Shown: in pieces, positions 50,896 to 61,305 of the stretch | How positions within the stretch are numbered: the stretch's first letter is position 1 | How the letters are laid out: every line of letters begins with the position of its first letter | From: Camelus ferus | Lineage: Eukaryota | NCBI RefSeq assembly: GCF_009834535.1 | Contig: NC_045707.1 | Span: 63,428,001-63,492,000 of the forward strand | Length of the DNA stretch: 64,000 nt | Reading direction: 5' to 3' | Notes under the pieces: generated by a model | Seen by the model: the letters and a program-made list of their open reading frames with translations, nothing else | Told to the model about the DNA's origin: nothing | The model's database searches: none | Position numbers and translations under genes: made by a program

Positions 50896-51067
50896 CAGTG
50901 GCTCTCAGAGTTTATGTGCTTCAGAGTCACCTGGGCAGATTACTGGATGCCACCCCAGGGATTCTGACTCAAGAGTCTGGGATGGGCGTCCAAGAATTTG
51001 CGTATCTGGTAAGTTCCCAGATCGTGCTGATTGCTGCTGGTTTGTGGACCAGACTAAGAGAGCCAGT
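50896..51067. mobile_element. MER5A-like MITE
   Basis: CAGTGGCTCTCA...TCAGAGTCACCTGG...TTCTGACTCAAGAGTCTGGGATGGG...AGAATTTGC. Confidence 0.8.
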
Positions 51068-51309
51068 TTAAACTTCCAGTTTAATTCCTAGAAGAAGTTT
51101 TCAAATGGGAGTCAGAGAAGCAGGGAGGATAGCCAATAAGCCTTGACCAACGACATGATCGTGCAACATAACCAGAGAGAACGTCCCAGAACTGAGGAAT
51201 AGACGGCAAAGAAAAGAGAAAACAAATAGCGAATTTATGCAAAAATCCTTTCCCCCCAAAGAAGGGAAAATAAAAACATGGCATAAAAATGATGAAACAC
51301 AATTGGGAA

Positions 51310-51725
51310 GAGATCATTCAAGGAAGGAAAGAACTTCACATTATTAAATCGAACAGTCAGTTCTTCGTCCTCTTACTACTTGACTCCCCAACAGCATTTG
51401 ACACTGTTGATCTTGACTCCTTCCTCACATACTTTATTCATTTAGTTTTTGAGACACCACAAATTCCTGGCCTTCCTCCTGCCTCAGGCCGTCCCTACTA
51501 GCTCTCCTCTCCTTGTGATCTCTAAAGGTCAGAGTTCCCCAGGCTGTTTCCCAGACATGTTCTCTTCTCTCTGTTTACTCACTCCCTACCCGGTTTCATC
51601 TATTCCTACAGCTTTAAATATCATCCAAATGTTAATATGTCCAAACTTATGTCTCCCAATCTGACCTCTGCCCTGAAACCAAGCTTTGTATATTCAATTG
51701 TCAACTCAACATCGCCACATAGAAC
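51310..51725 (+). mobile_element. L2 fragment (RT region)
   Basis: CTACTTGACTCCCCAACAGCATTTGACACTGTTGATC encodes an LD..AFDTVD-like RT motif of L2. Confidence 0.8.
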
Positions 51726-51880
51726 TTAGAGAGATAGAGATAACAGTTTGGATTTGCTTGTTTCAATGAACATGTGTTATCTATTTATAAAGCTTTTATT
51801 GTGAAGGGGGGAACACACAAGCATTATTCTCCATGAACATACAACACAACTCAAATCATCTTGCTTTAAAACAACATACA

Positions 51881-52516
51881 TATGACCCAGAAATCCCACT
51901 CCTGGGCTTATATCCAGAAGGAACCCTACTTCAGGATGACACCTGCACCCCAATGTTCATAGCAGCACTATTTACAACAGCCAAGACATAGAAACAGCCT
52001 AAATGTCCATCAACAGGTGACTGGATAAAGAAGATGTGGTGTATTTATACAATGGAATACTACTCAGCCATAAAAACCGACAACATAACGCCATTTTCAG
52101 CAACATGGATGCTCCTAGAATGTCATTCTAAGCGAAGTAAGCCAGAAAGAGAAAGAAAAATACCATATGAGATCGCTCATATGAGGAATCTAAAACAAAC
52201 AAACAAACAAACAAACAAACGAAGCATAAATACAGAACAGAAATAGACTCATAGACATAGAATACAGACTTGTGGTTGCCAAGGGGGTGAGGGGTGGTAA
52301 AAGATAGACTGGGATTTCAAAATTGTAGGATAGATAAACAAGATTATACTGTATAGCACAGGGAAATATATACAAGATCTTATGGTAGCTCACAGAGAAA
52401 GGAATGTGACAATGAATATATATATGTTCATGTATAATTGAAAAATTGTGCTCTACACTGGAATTTGACACAACGTTGCAAAATGATTATAAATCAATAA
52501 AAAATGTTTAAAAAAA
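51881..52516 (+). mobile_element. Relatively young 5'-truncated L1
   Basis: ORF2 end (TGCACCCCAATGTTCATAGCAGCACTATTTACAA...MWCIYTMEYYSAIK), 3' UTR with (CAAA)n, polyA; TSD AACATACA on both sides. Confidence 0.93.
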
Positions 52517-53869
52517 AACATACAAATGCCAAGCTGGGTGACTTTGATTTGGGGGAGTAGAGAAGCAGCAGTGGAGATGTCTTAAACATAAACCATTTCC
52601 TATTTGAAACTATATTAGTTTCAAAATTAAACAGTTACTGGATGGCTCTTGTACGGTGCCCTCTTCCTAATCTATTCTGACTGAAGAGCTGAATAGACTA
52701 TTTCATAATAACTAAGTATTCTTCCCTCTCAGTTTTGCCAAATGGAACACTGGACTGTAAGAGCTTACCACCGACCTCTGATTTTTCGTACTTAGTACAC
52801 ATCACACTTCTTATCTCATACAGTACACTCCAAATTACATGATAGAGAAAATTACATTTGGTCACCTGACTCTTTTCAGCCAGGTCTGTAGTCTAGTCTG
52901 AACTCAGAGAGGTTTTATTTTATTATTTGTTTATTTCTTGCAGTTGTCAAGCCAGAAAAAATTCATGTCTGTATTCGCCAAAAAAAGAAGGCACAAAGTA
53001 ATCAAAGACGGCTTTTATTCAAACTTTCAATAATAACCATGTAATTATGGAAGCATTTAAAATAATCTCAGGAGATTCAAATAAAACCATTCTTGTAAAC
53101 AGGCGTTGGTGCATATCCACGATCATGCACGGCGTTGTCTGTTCATGGGAGCAGACTCACAGCCGTTCCTATAAATCATCCTGACACACTTTGTTCTCGT
53201 CCAGCTTGCGAGATAGCTGTTTTCGCGACATCCCAAAAATCACAAAACGAGGAGGCAGGATATAGTCAAATTACTTTTCGGACAAACAAACCAGAAAGAA
53301 GAAAACTTGCAAGGATGAATTCATATGAGATTGAAACGTGCTCAGAAGACCAAGAACTGAGAGCTCACTGTGATTCCTGCGGGCGCCGTGAAATGCCAAA
53401 ATTGTTTTATGACACTCAGCCGTAATTGCCGCTAACCACACTGCTGGGGCTCTTTCCTTGGCAGGATCAGAGCCTATGAATATGCGTGTGTATTTGTGTG
53501 TGTGTATAAATTAATTTCCTTGTGAAGATGTGATTGCTTCACCTGTTACCGTCTGTCTCCATCTTAAATTTTCATCAAGTGTTGCCAATTAGTTCACAAA
53601 ACAGAACTGAAGAGTGAAAATTGAGGTGCAGAATGTCTGACTTATGGACAAAATTGGTTATGCCCCATGATTTCTGTGGCTGCTTTAAACATTCTGTTAT
53701 TGAACAGATTAAATAATTAAAGCTGCTACAGACATGTCAGATGGAATTTCACATCAAATTTCAACTGGGGCCTTGGAAATGTCATGTATGTTCGAATGCT
53801 GTGGGATTTGTGACATTTCTGGAAAGTCACCTGAGGTTCTCACCATCATACGAGAGACGGTTGTGGCAG

Positions 53870-54085
53870 GATGAAAGACTTTTCTCCTAGGAGTCAGATG
53901 TACTGGATTCTGTCATCTATCAGCACCGTGACCCTGAGCAAGTAAACTCACCTCCCCGAGATCTTTCTGTCGTATCTAAGAAACGGAAATAAGATTTGTT
54001 CTGCCCATCTCATAGGATTCTTTAAAAGATTAAATAAAGTCAGCCTGTGTCATTTGAAATGCAGTTTGAAAATTGTAAAGTGCAA
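53870..54085 (+). mobile_element. MIR SINE
   Basis: GGAGTCAGA...GTGACCCTGAGCAAGTAAACTCACCTC...TCATAGGATT...AGATTAAATAA. Confidence 0.6.
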
Positions 54086-55146
54086 AACACATTCAATAGC
54101 ATTATTATTTAAGAGAAGTCACTGGATCAGGAAGTAGTTTGAAGCAATCATAAAAGAGCTGATACTCAGCACAACTGATCTCACTCAACATCTATTGAGT
54201 ACCTGCTCTTTGGAAAGCACTTCAAGTGTCCAGAGATGACAAAAGCCCTGTCTTCCCAGTGAAGATGACTTAACACAACTAAAGCTATAAAAACACATGG
54301 CAATAGGTAAGTGCCAAGTGACGGACATCAATGGATTTGTCGGGAGATGAGAAGTGAAACATTTCACCATGACCTTTCAGGGTGAGAGACGTGCTGAGCC
54401 TTGATGGACAGACGTTTTATATGTTTTTTTCTATTTTTAATGGCTTTTTGGGGTTTAGATAGTGAGATTTTTAAACTGATAAATAATCATTTTCCTTTCC
54501 TACTCCAAATTTCAAGCCAACTGATAAGCAGGTGCTATTATCAGAGAGAAGCATATATATATATATATATATATTTTTTTAAACCAGCTTTATTACAGAT
54601 AAGATTAAATTATAAAATGCAGTTTGGCCTCTTGTCAACCTACATTCCTTTAAGTAGACTTAGCACTCAGGTCCGGCCGATTTGCACGCCTGCAGGACTT
54701 CCTCAGCAGCAGCGGGGAGAACAGAACTTGTATGTCCCCAAACGGGAGCTCTCCACAAATAGGACAAGCCCGAGAGGAGCCCCAAAGGAGGCGAATGGAG
54801 CCTGGTTATTCCTTCCCCCAGATTCCTCAGTCAGGTAAGCCACACCTTCCTCGACGGGGAGGAGTGAGTGGGGCTGACCAAAAGAGGCCAGGAGAATAAA
54901 TCCTCTCGTGGAAACATGAGTCTTGACCAGTAGGGGTTTCTTGCTAACGAAAGGATGAGGTCAAATTATAGCTTTCCTTTTTTTTCCAAATGAGTGAGTA
55001 GTCATGTAAATAATCCAGCTTTTTCCCATTTAATTTGAAAGCCACTTCTTCATATATAAAATTTTCTATGTACTTACATCTACTGCTTACCTCTGGCCTC
55101 TGTCCTACTGATTTAGACCTACCTCATCTTAAATATATTGACATCT

Positions 55147-55290
55147 GGGGGGAGGGCAGAGCTCAGTGGTAGAGAGCGTGCTTAGCAGGCACGTGGTCCT
55201 GGGTTCAATCTCCAATATCAATCAATCAATCAATCAATCAATAATAAATTTAATTGCCTCCCCCACCAAAAAAAAATTTTTAATAAAAAG
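55147..55290 (+). mobile_element. tRNA-derived SINE (camelid Vic-1-like)
   Basis: GGGGGGAGGG head, A-box AGCTCAGTGG, B-box GGTTCAATCTC, (TCAA)n, then TTGCCTCCCCC and polyA; flanking TATATTGACATCT / TATATTCATCT. Confidence 0.85.
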
Positions 55291-56629
55291 TATATATGTA
55301 TATTCATCTCTGGAAAGGTTAGCTTCCCCGTATTATTATGTTATGCCTTGAAAGATAATTAGGAGTAACAGATGGAAATAGATTATGGAGGCCATGCAGG
55401 TGGGGGAGGTGGGAAAGCAGGAACAAAAGGTGAGGCTGGACATCACATACTCAGGGAAAACAAATGGACCACACTAGCTGGGGAAGAGACTTTCTGCAAG
55501 GGAGCTGGAAACAATAAACTTAGAGCCGTGTCTGAATTGTAACATACAGAATGAGTAATGTTACCCTGTAGACACTAAAGGGTTTTGAATGGGGGGCCAA
55601 CATGATAACACGACCATCGTGAAGATTATTGCTACAGTATTATTCCTCCAATAATTTAGAAATCAAAAGAGAATGCAGCTTATTAAAATAGTTCAAGTGT
55701 AAGAAAATGAGAACAAGGGTTACAGCTGAATACGTATGTTTTCTTCAGTGTTTAGACAAGACAAGGAATTTGGTTTTTCAATCTGATCTAGCCATTTATA
55801 CAACCAAGGCAGAAATACACTTCACTCCTAGACACATTTAATAGCACACAGTCCTTATTGCAAACTGTTTCCTTATTATTATGGCACATTTCTAGTAGTG
55901 ATAAATACCTAGTGAGAAGAGATAAGAATTTTCAAATGTGATTAGCACTAGGAAGGTCCTAAATTTTAAGTGTTTACTTTTAGGAGTCGTCACTTCACCT
56001 CCCAAAACCTATGAAGAAACAATTCTTACTTTTGATGGAAATCATGCGTTTTCAGATTTTTGCTTAAGATATTTGGGTACTACTTGATTGGGGGAAGAGC
56101 CTGAGAAAAAAGAATCAAAGAGAAATCCTAGAACTAGAAGGAATTAGTTATCAGGACTAGAGAAGTCTAATCACCTGCTGACTTCAAAATTCAACTTGGC
56201 TACCCAGTGAGCTTCTGAAGACTGAAAGAGGCTTTCATAAAGGAAACAGAATGAAATGGATCATACAGAAGGGACTGGGGTCTTTGAAACAGGAGAAGCC
56301 AACAGGTCTTCTTTTGGCTGATATATAAAATTAATAATGTAAAAACAGAATATAAAGAAAAAAAGGGTATTTACCATCAAGCTCTTGTGGACCATCAGGA
56401 AGAATCAAGTCAGGTGCTGGCTTAGAACCATTTATGAAACTTCAATGGACTAATCCTAAGAAAATAATTCCAGATTTGCGCAAAGATCAAGCCACACGGA
56501 TGACCACTGCAGGATTCTTATGAATTTTGTCTTTAAAATACCCCCAAAAAAAAGAGAGCCTGAATAAATTACGGTTCTTCCTCAAGACAGAATCCATGGC
56601 ATTTTTCAAAAATGGATGTAAAAGAGAAA

Positions 56630-57620
56630 CACTTCCGAACAGGTGGTGTGAGAATCTCTCAGGACCTTCTCCCCAGCGAAACAACCACAACTAGAGAAAC
56701 TTGTGTTTAAAAACAACAACAATTTAAAGTCTGTGGAAATTGTCCTAAGGGCATACAGCAAGTGGAGAAACATTTATTCATGGAAATCCAATAAATGTTG
56801 GTAAGAACGGCTCAGTGTCATGGAAGCTCTACCCCAGGCTGATAAGAACCAAGGAGACAGGGCTCCTTTTTCCCCTGCTCCTTTCTGGGAAGGAGAGTCT
56901 GTCAGCATTTAGCACACCTGTCCCCTGCCACCCACCCCCACCCCGATCAGTGCTGAAGAAACTCTACCCCAAGAACGAGCCGTACAGGGGCCTGGGATTC
57001 TCTTCCTCCACCAGCACCTACTTGGAGGGCAGCAGCTCCACAGCGGACGTGGCGGGTGGAGAACCCCCGCCTCCAGAACAGCTGGGTGGGCATCTTCCCC
57101 AGAGAGAGGCAGGCCATTAGAACAGAGAGCTCAGGAGCTCTCTCGAAGGGGACTGACTGTATTTGCCACAGAAATGTGAATTCAAGCCTGGGGGCGTTAT
57201 CAAACACAATGGAAATCTTGGAGGGGAACAATTAAGAGGCCAGTGCCTCCTCGACAGCCACAGGTAAAACACTAGACTGGCTCAAAGTTTAACAGAGAAC
57301 TGGGGAAAGAAAAAGCTAAGGAGAGCCCTCCTGGGGCCAGACAAGGCCTGGAAGACTCCCGAGGCAAAGAGGCCTGACTTTAATCGGATCAGACTGTGGA
57401 GGAAGTTGTGCCCAGGGCATTGTCAAAAACAATAGAGCAATCAGGCAGCAAATAACAGAAGCTAATAGCAATAGAGACAGACCATCCAGAATCTTAACAG
57501 GGCGATCAGAGAAGGACGAAGTCTGCATCAAAGAGAGCCTGACAAAACCACCGTCTTCCCACTGAGTCCTGCCAGGGGCCCTTTGGAAATGAATGCCCGC
57601 TCTCCCCAGCATCTCACCTG
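56630..57620 (+). mobile_element. Ancient L1 5' UTR region
   Basis: ATTTAAAGTCTGTGGAAATTGTCCTAAGGGCATACAGCAAGTGGAGAAACATTTATTCA; same family as 1330-1770. Confidence 0.65.
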
Positions 57621-58264
57621 GCTGCTCCAGATACTTGGCTTCGAGGTCTGATGAGATGCCACAGGCCGAGACTTTATAGGAAGATACGAAGCTTCCTATA
57701 AGGGACCGGGTCAAGGGAAATGGCTACAGGCTGGGTCCTTAAAAACAGTGTTAATCTGTCCAATATCTAGTTTCAAAAGTGGGTGATCAGTAAAAGTATC
57801 AGCAAATTCATCAAAAGGAACACAATGTGTCAACCTAGTCACTGAACATAGTGGCAGCCAGGAAATCAGCGAAAACACTTGAAAAGTACCCGGGATGCAG
57901 TGCTGGGTTTCTCAATACTATGCTGGCATTAGGATGCAATCAGGAATTCAGGATAGGATCCTAACTCACTCCTGAACCTCTCCCCATACACACATACACA
58001 CCATCACCACCACCACCATGACGACCAAGGAGGGACTAGGAAGAGCCAAGCAGGATGATACCACTCCTGCCATAGGAGTTAGCACGACACTCTGGTCCCC
58101 GTGAAAACTGCCAAGAACGCTGAAGGGAGAACTGAGGCAGAGGCCCAGTCCGTCCATTTAACATGAGGATGGTGGCGAAAACGTCTCAGCACGACAAAGA
58201 CATCCACAGAACTATCTCCTGTTAGTCTAGAGTCACCTCTCAACACCCTGTACCCCCAACCGAA

Positions 58265-58665
58265 TGGCACCTTTGATCTCAGCCTAAGCCACTGCTTATA
58301 ACTCTCTGAACATCCGGTCTTCTCTGCTTTTCGTTTTCCTGCATGTGCTAATCTCTGCTTAGAAGCCCCTCCCCCCCATTCCCACTCCCCTCACCTGGCC
58401 AGTTCCTAACGATCATTTCAACTCTATGAAAACATCACCTTCTCCAAAAGTCTTCGCAAGACCCTCACTCTGAATATGCAGCTCACAAATTCCCATGTCA
58501 TCCAGAAACGACGTCTCTCATGGCCCCTACGTTATAGCGGAGTTATCTGTTTTGGGTGGTTTTGACTGTAAACTTATTAAGACCAGAACTGTTACTCAAC
58601 AGTCCCCTTATGCATAATACTCAGCACCCAGCCAGGCACACAGGGGCTCAACAAAGCTGTGGTAG
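58265..58665 (+). mobile_element. L2 3' end
   Basis: CATCACCTTCTCCAAAAGTCTTC...TGACTGTAAACT...CCAGGCACACAGGGGCTCAACAAA...TGAGTGAGTGA. Confidence 0.6.
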
Positions 58666-59117
58666 GTGAGTGAGTGACTGTAGCTGCCAGGGTGCAAAAC
58701 TGCCAAAAAGATGCCAAGGCACCCCAAAAGTTGAGACCATAACCACAAAAATAATTCCAGAACCCACTGTTGGTCATTCTAAGACTGCAAACAAACTGTC
58801 TGCCTTCATCGGGACTCATAAATGAATGGATGGTGTTAAGCCTATAGGTCACAATAGACTTACTTTATAGCTATTGGAAGGTATAGAATAGAGGGGATTC
58901 ACAATATGAGCTCTGGGTAAACCAAGATAAAATAACGTGATAATGTGTGACACATCTGCATTTAAACAAAGACATCTTGGATATTATGCCGTAACTCATG
59001 GAGATGGTTTGAGAGTGGCATTTCAGGCAAAAAGACAGAATGTGGGAGAATGTATGTTACACGGAGAAACCTTCTTTGGGGCCACGCTCAAGTCTTACTT
59101 CATAGGTGACCAGTATT

Positions 59118-59317
59118 TAGGGTCACCAGATAAAATTTAAAATACAAATGCCTTCCATTTTAGTATAAGTATGCCCCAAATATATAAATATATATGTATA
59201 TCCCAGCTATTGCATGGGATAGACTTACACTTAAAAAAATTGTTTATCTGAAATTCAAACTTAAGTGGGCATTCTATTAGTTTCATTTGGTAAAAACAAA
59301 AAACATACAACCCCCTA
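59118..59317. mobile_element. MER53-like palindromic hAT MITE, partly deleted
   Basis: TAGGGTCACCAGATAAAAT...TTTTAGTATAAGTATGCCCCAAATAT...ATTGCATGGGATAGACTTA...TTGTTTATCTGAAATTCAAACTTAAGTGGGCA. Confidence 0.75.
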
Positions 59318-59391
59318 GCCCCAAAAAAAACTTTTAAAAAAGCATACTATTACACTATAGGACTTTTTCTGGTTCATTTAAGCTGCATCTC

Positions 59392-59480
59392 TTTTTTTTA
59401 TTTTTATTTATTTATTTTTTTATTTTATTGAGTTATAGTCAGTTTACAATGTTGTGTCAATTGCCAATGTAGATCACAAT
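59392..59480 (-). mobile_element. Very short young L1 3'-end insertion
   Basis: PolyT/(TTTA)n then TTGAGTTATAGTCAGTTTACAATGTTGTGTCAA; flanked by ATTTAAGCT on both sides. Confidence 0.85.
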
Positions 59481-61089
59481 TTAAGCTTAATCTTTTCCAT
59501 CGAGAGTTAATACCCCTTCCTCATGCTCTCCCCAGTTTAATTAAAAGTTTATATTTTAATTAAACTTTTAATTAAAAATGTACCTTTTAAATTCTGCACC
59601 ATACTCATGACTGTTTTTGCCAAAACTCCGTGATATTCATTGAAATGACTGCCCTAGCGTGGAGCTGAGAAAAAAACCCCGGCTTGTGGAGAGGAGGCAG
59701 CAGAGAATTCCCAGCCTAATTACCCAGCCAGCCAGCTCCTTAACACACTCTGTCACTCGTCGTATGGTTGTTACTAGTCACAATAAAAATAATTATATTC
59801 TCATTAAATAAGACTATTTCTCATAATAGCCTAATTTGATCTCCAGTAAGGACCTGGTCCAGCAGTGTTATGGAAAGCACACTGCTGTTGATCTCAATGG
59901 CAGCTCCCTTGGCACAAGGAACAGAGAATTATGTTTTCCTGTTCGGCACCACCACCACCTGTGAAATTCCTAAGGTTTCGTCTTCATGGAAATTAAATCT
60001 CCTGCTCAGGCTGAAAACATTTCTATTTATAATGTTTGCGCATGGACACAGAGAGGGATTCAATAATCCCCAACTTCCCTTCGCAAGGTTTTCATGTCTT
60101 CCTTCAGATGTGTTTTGTATAAAACACACATCTTGATATTTTATCAATTACAATCACACAAGCATGACTATTAACATCTTTATGAACTTTTTAGCACTAT
60201 AAATTATTCAAAAACCTAAACGTCTGCAAAAAAAAAAAAACTGTCTTTTGAATTTACCCTCAAAAGCCAGTTACCACATTAAAAATAAAAAATCAGTTCA
60301 ACCATTTTAAAGTTTGGTGACGAAAGTAGAAACATTGCCAGCATCTTCATTTGCGTTTCTTCCTTTCCCGCTCAATTCTGCTGTCATTTATAATTTTAAA
60401 TGTTCTTTTAAAAAGAATGCCTTAACTCCACCCACCTGGAGAGCCAAGGCCTAACATACGTCCAGGTGTATCAAGCACTGTTTCAAAGTCACCATGGTAA
60501 CCACTAATTGGGGGAAGAAATGCAAGTCAAAGGCGGTGCTCACACACTTCATTCTTTCTAAGATACACCTAGTGCTCATCATTTGATTTTGTTGAGATAC
60601 CCTCCCTTCCTATAACAAGAGTGACTTTCAACATGGTCTGGCCATGCCTCCTCCAAGCTCAAGTGCTGCACTTTGTACAACTTCATCCAACCTCCAGGCT
60701 TTCCTCAAGGGCACCTTTTTCCTGTTTCAGGAAGTTGGACAGGACTCAGCAACGTCTGGGCACAAGTGAGTGCCACTTCTGCTGGTCAACTCGGGATGAC
60801 CTACCTGGACTGGACCAAGGGCTGTCCTCCCCAGAGAGTGAGGACAACGGCTCACGCGACTCCTCAGAGAGCCACCTACTCAAACGGTGGCATTGTCGAC
60901 CTGTGGCTGTTGCCTCGACTCCTGCACAGCTACCAGATTTTAGCAGAAGGTGGGGTTGGATAGTTCTCCAAATTGAACCTGATCCTCTCCAGACCTCCTC
61001 TCCTGGTCTCAATCCCCAAACACCTCCTCCAAGTGCCCACATTACCCTGTCCCGGGTCAGAAAGCTCTTGGCTTTGCCCAGTTTTACTT

Positions 61090-61305
61090 GTTCTCAACTC
61101 TGGCTTCAAATTAGAAAAATCCAGAGAGTACTGTTTGGTTGGTTGGTTGGTTGGTTGGTTGACTGGTTGGTTTTGTTTATATCCCCATGTCCAGTGACCA
61201 CCCTGAGAGATTCTGACTCAACTGGCCTGGGGCAAGACCTTGTGAAAAACATTTTAATAGCCTCCCCAGATGATCCTACAGTTCAGCCAGGATTCAGAGC
61301 ACTGC
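61090..61305. mobile_element. MER5-like MITE containing a (TGGT)n microsatellite at ~61135-61172
   Basis: TTCTCAACTCTGGCT...AGAGATTCTGACTCAACTGGCCTGGGG...CTCCCCAGATGATCCTA...AGAGCACTG. Confidence 0.65.

Noticed and set aside
55160..55215. tRNA gene
   Set aside because: A and B boxes are present, but the acceptor stem is incomplete and it has a SINE tail, polyA and TSD.
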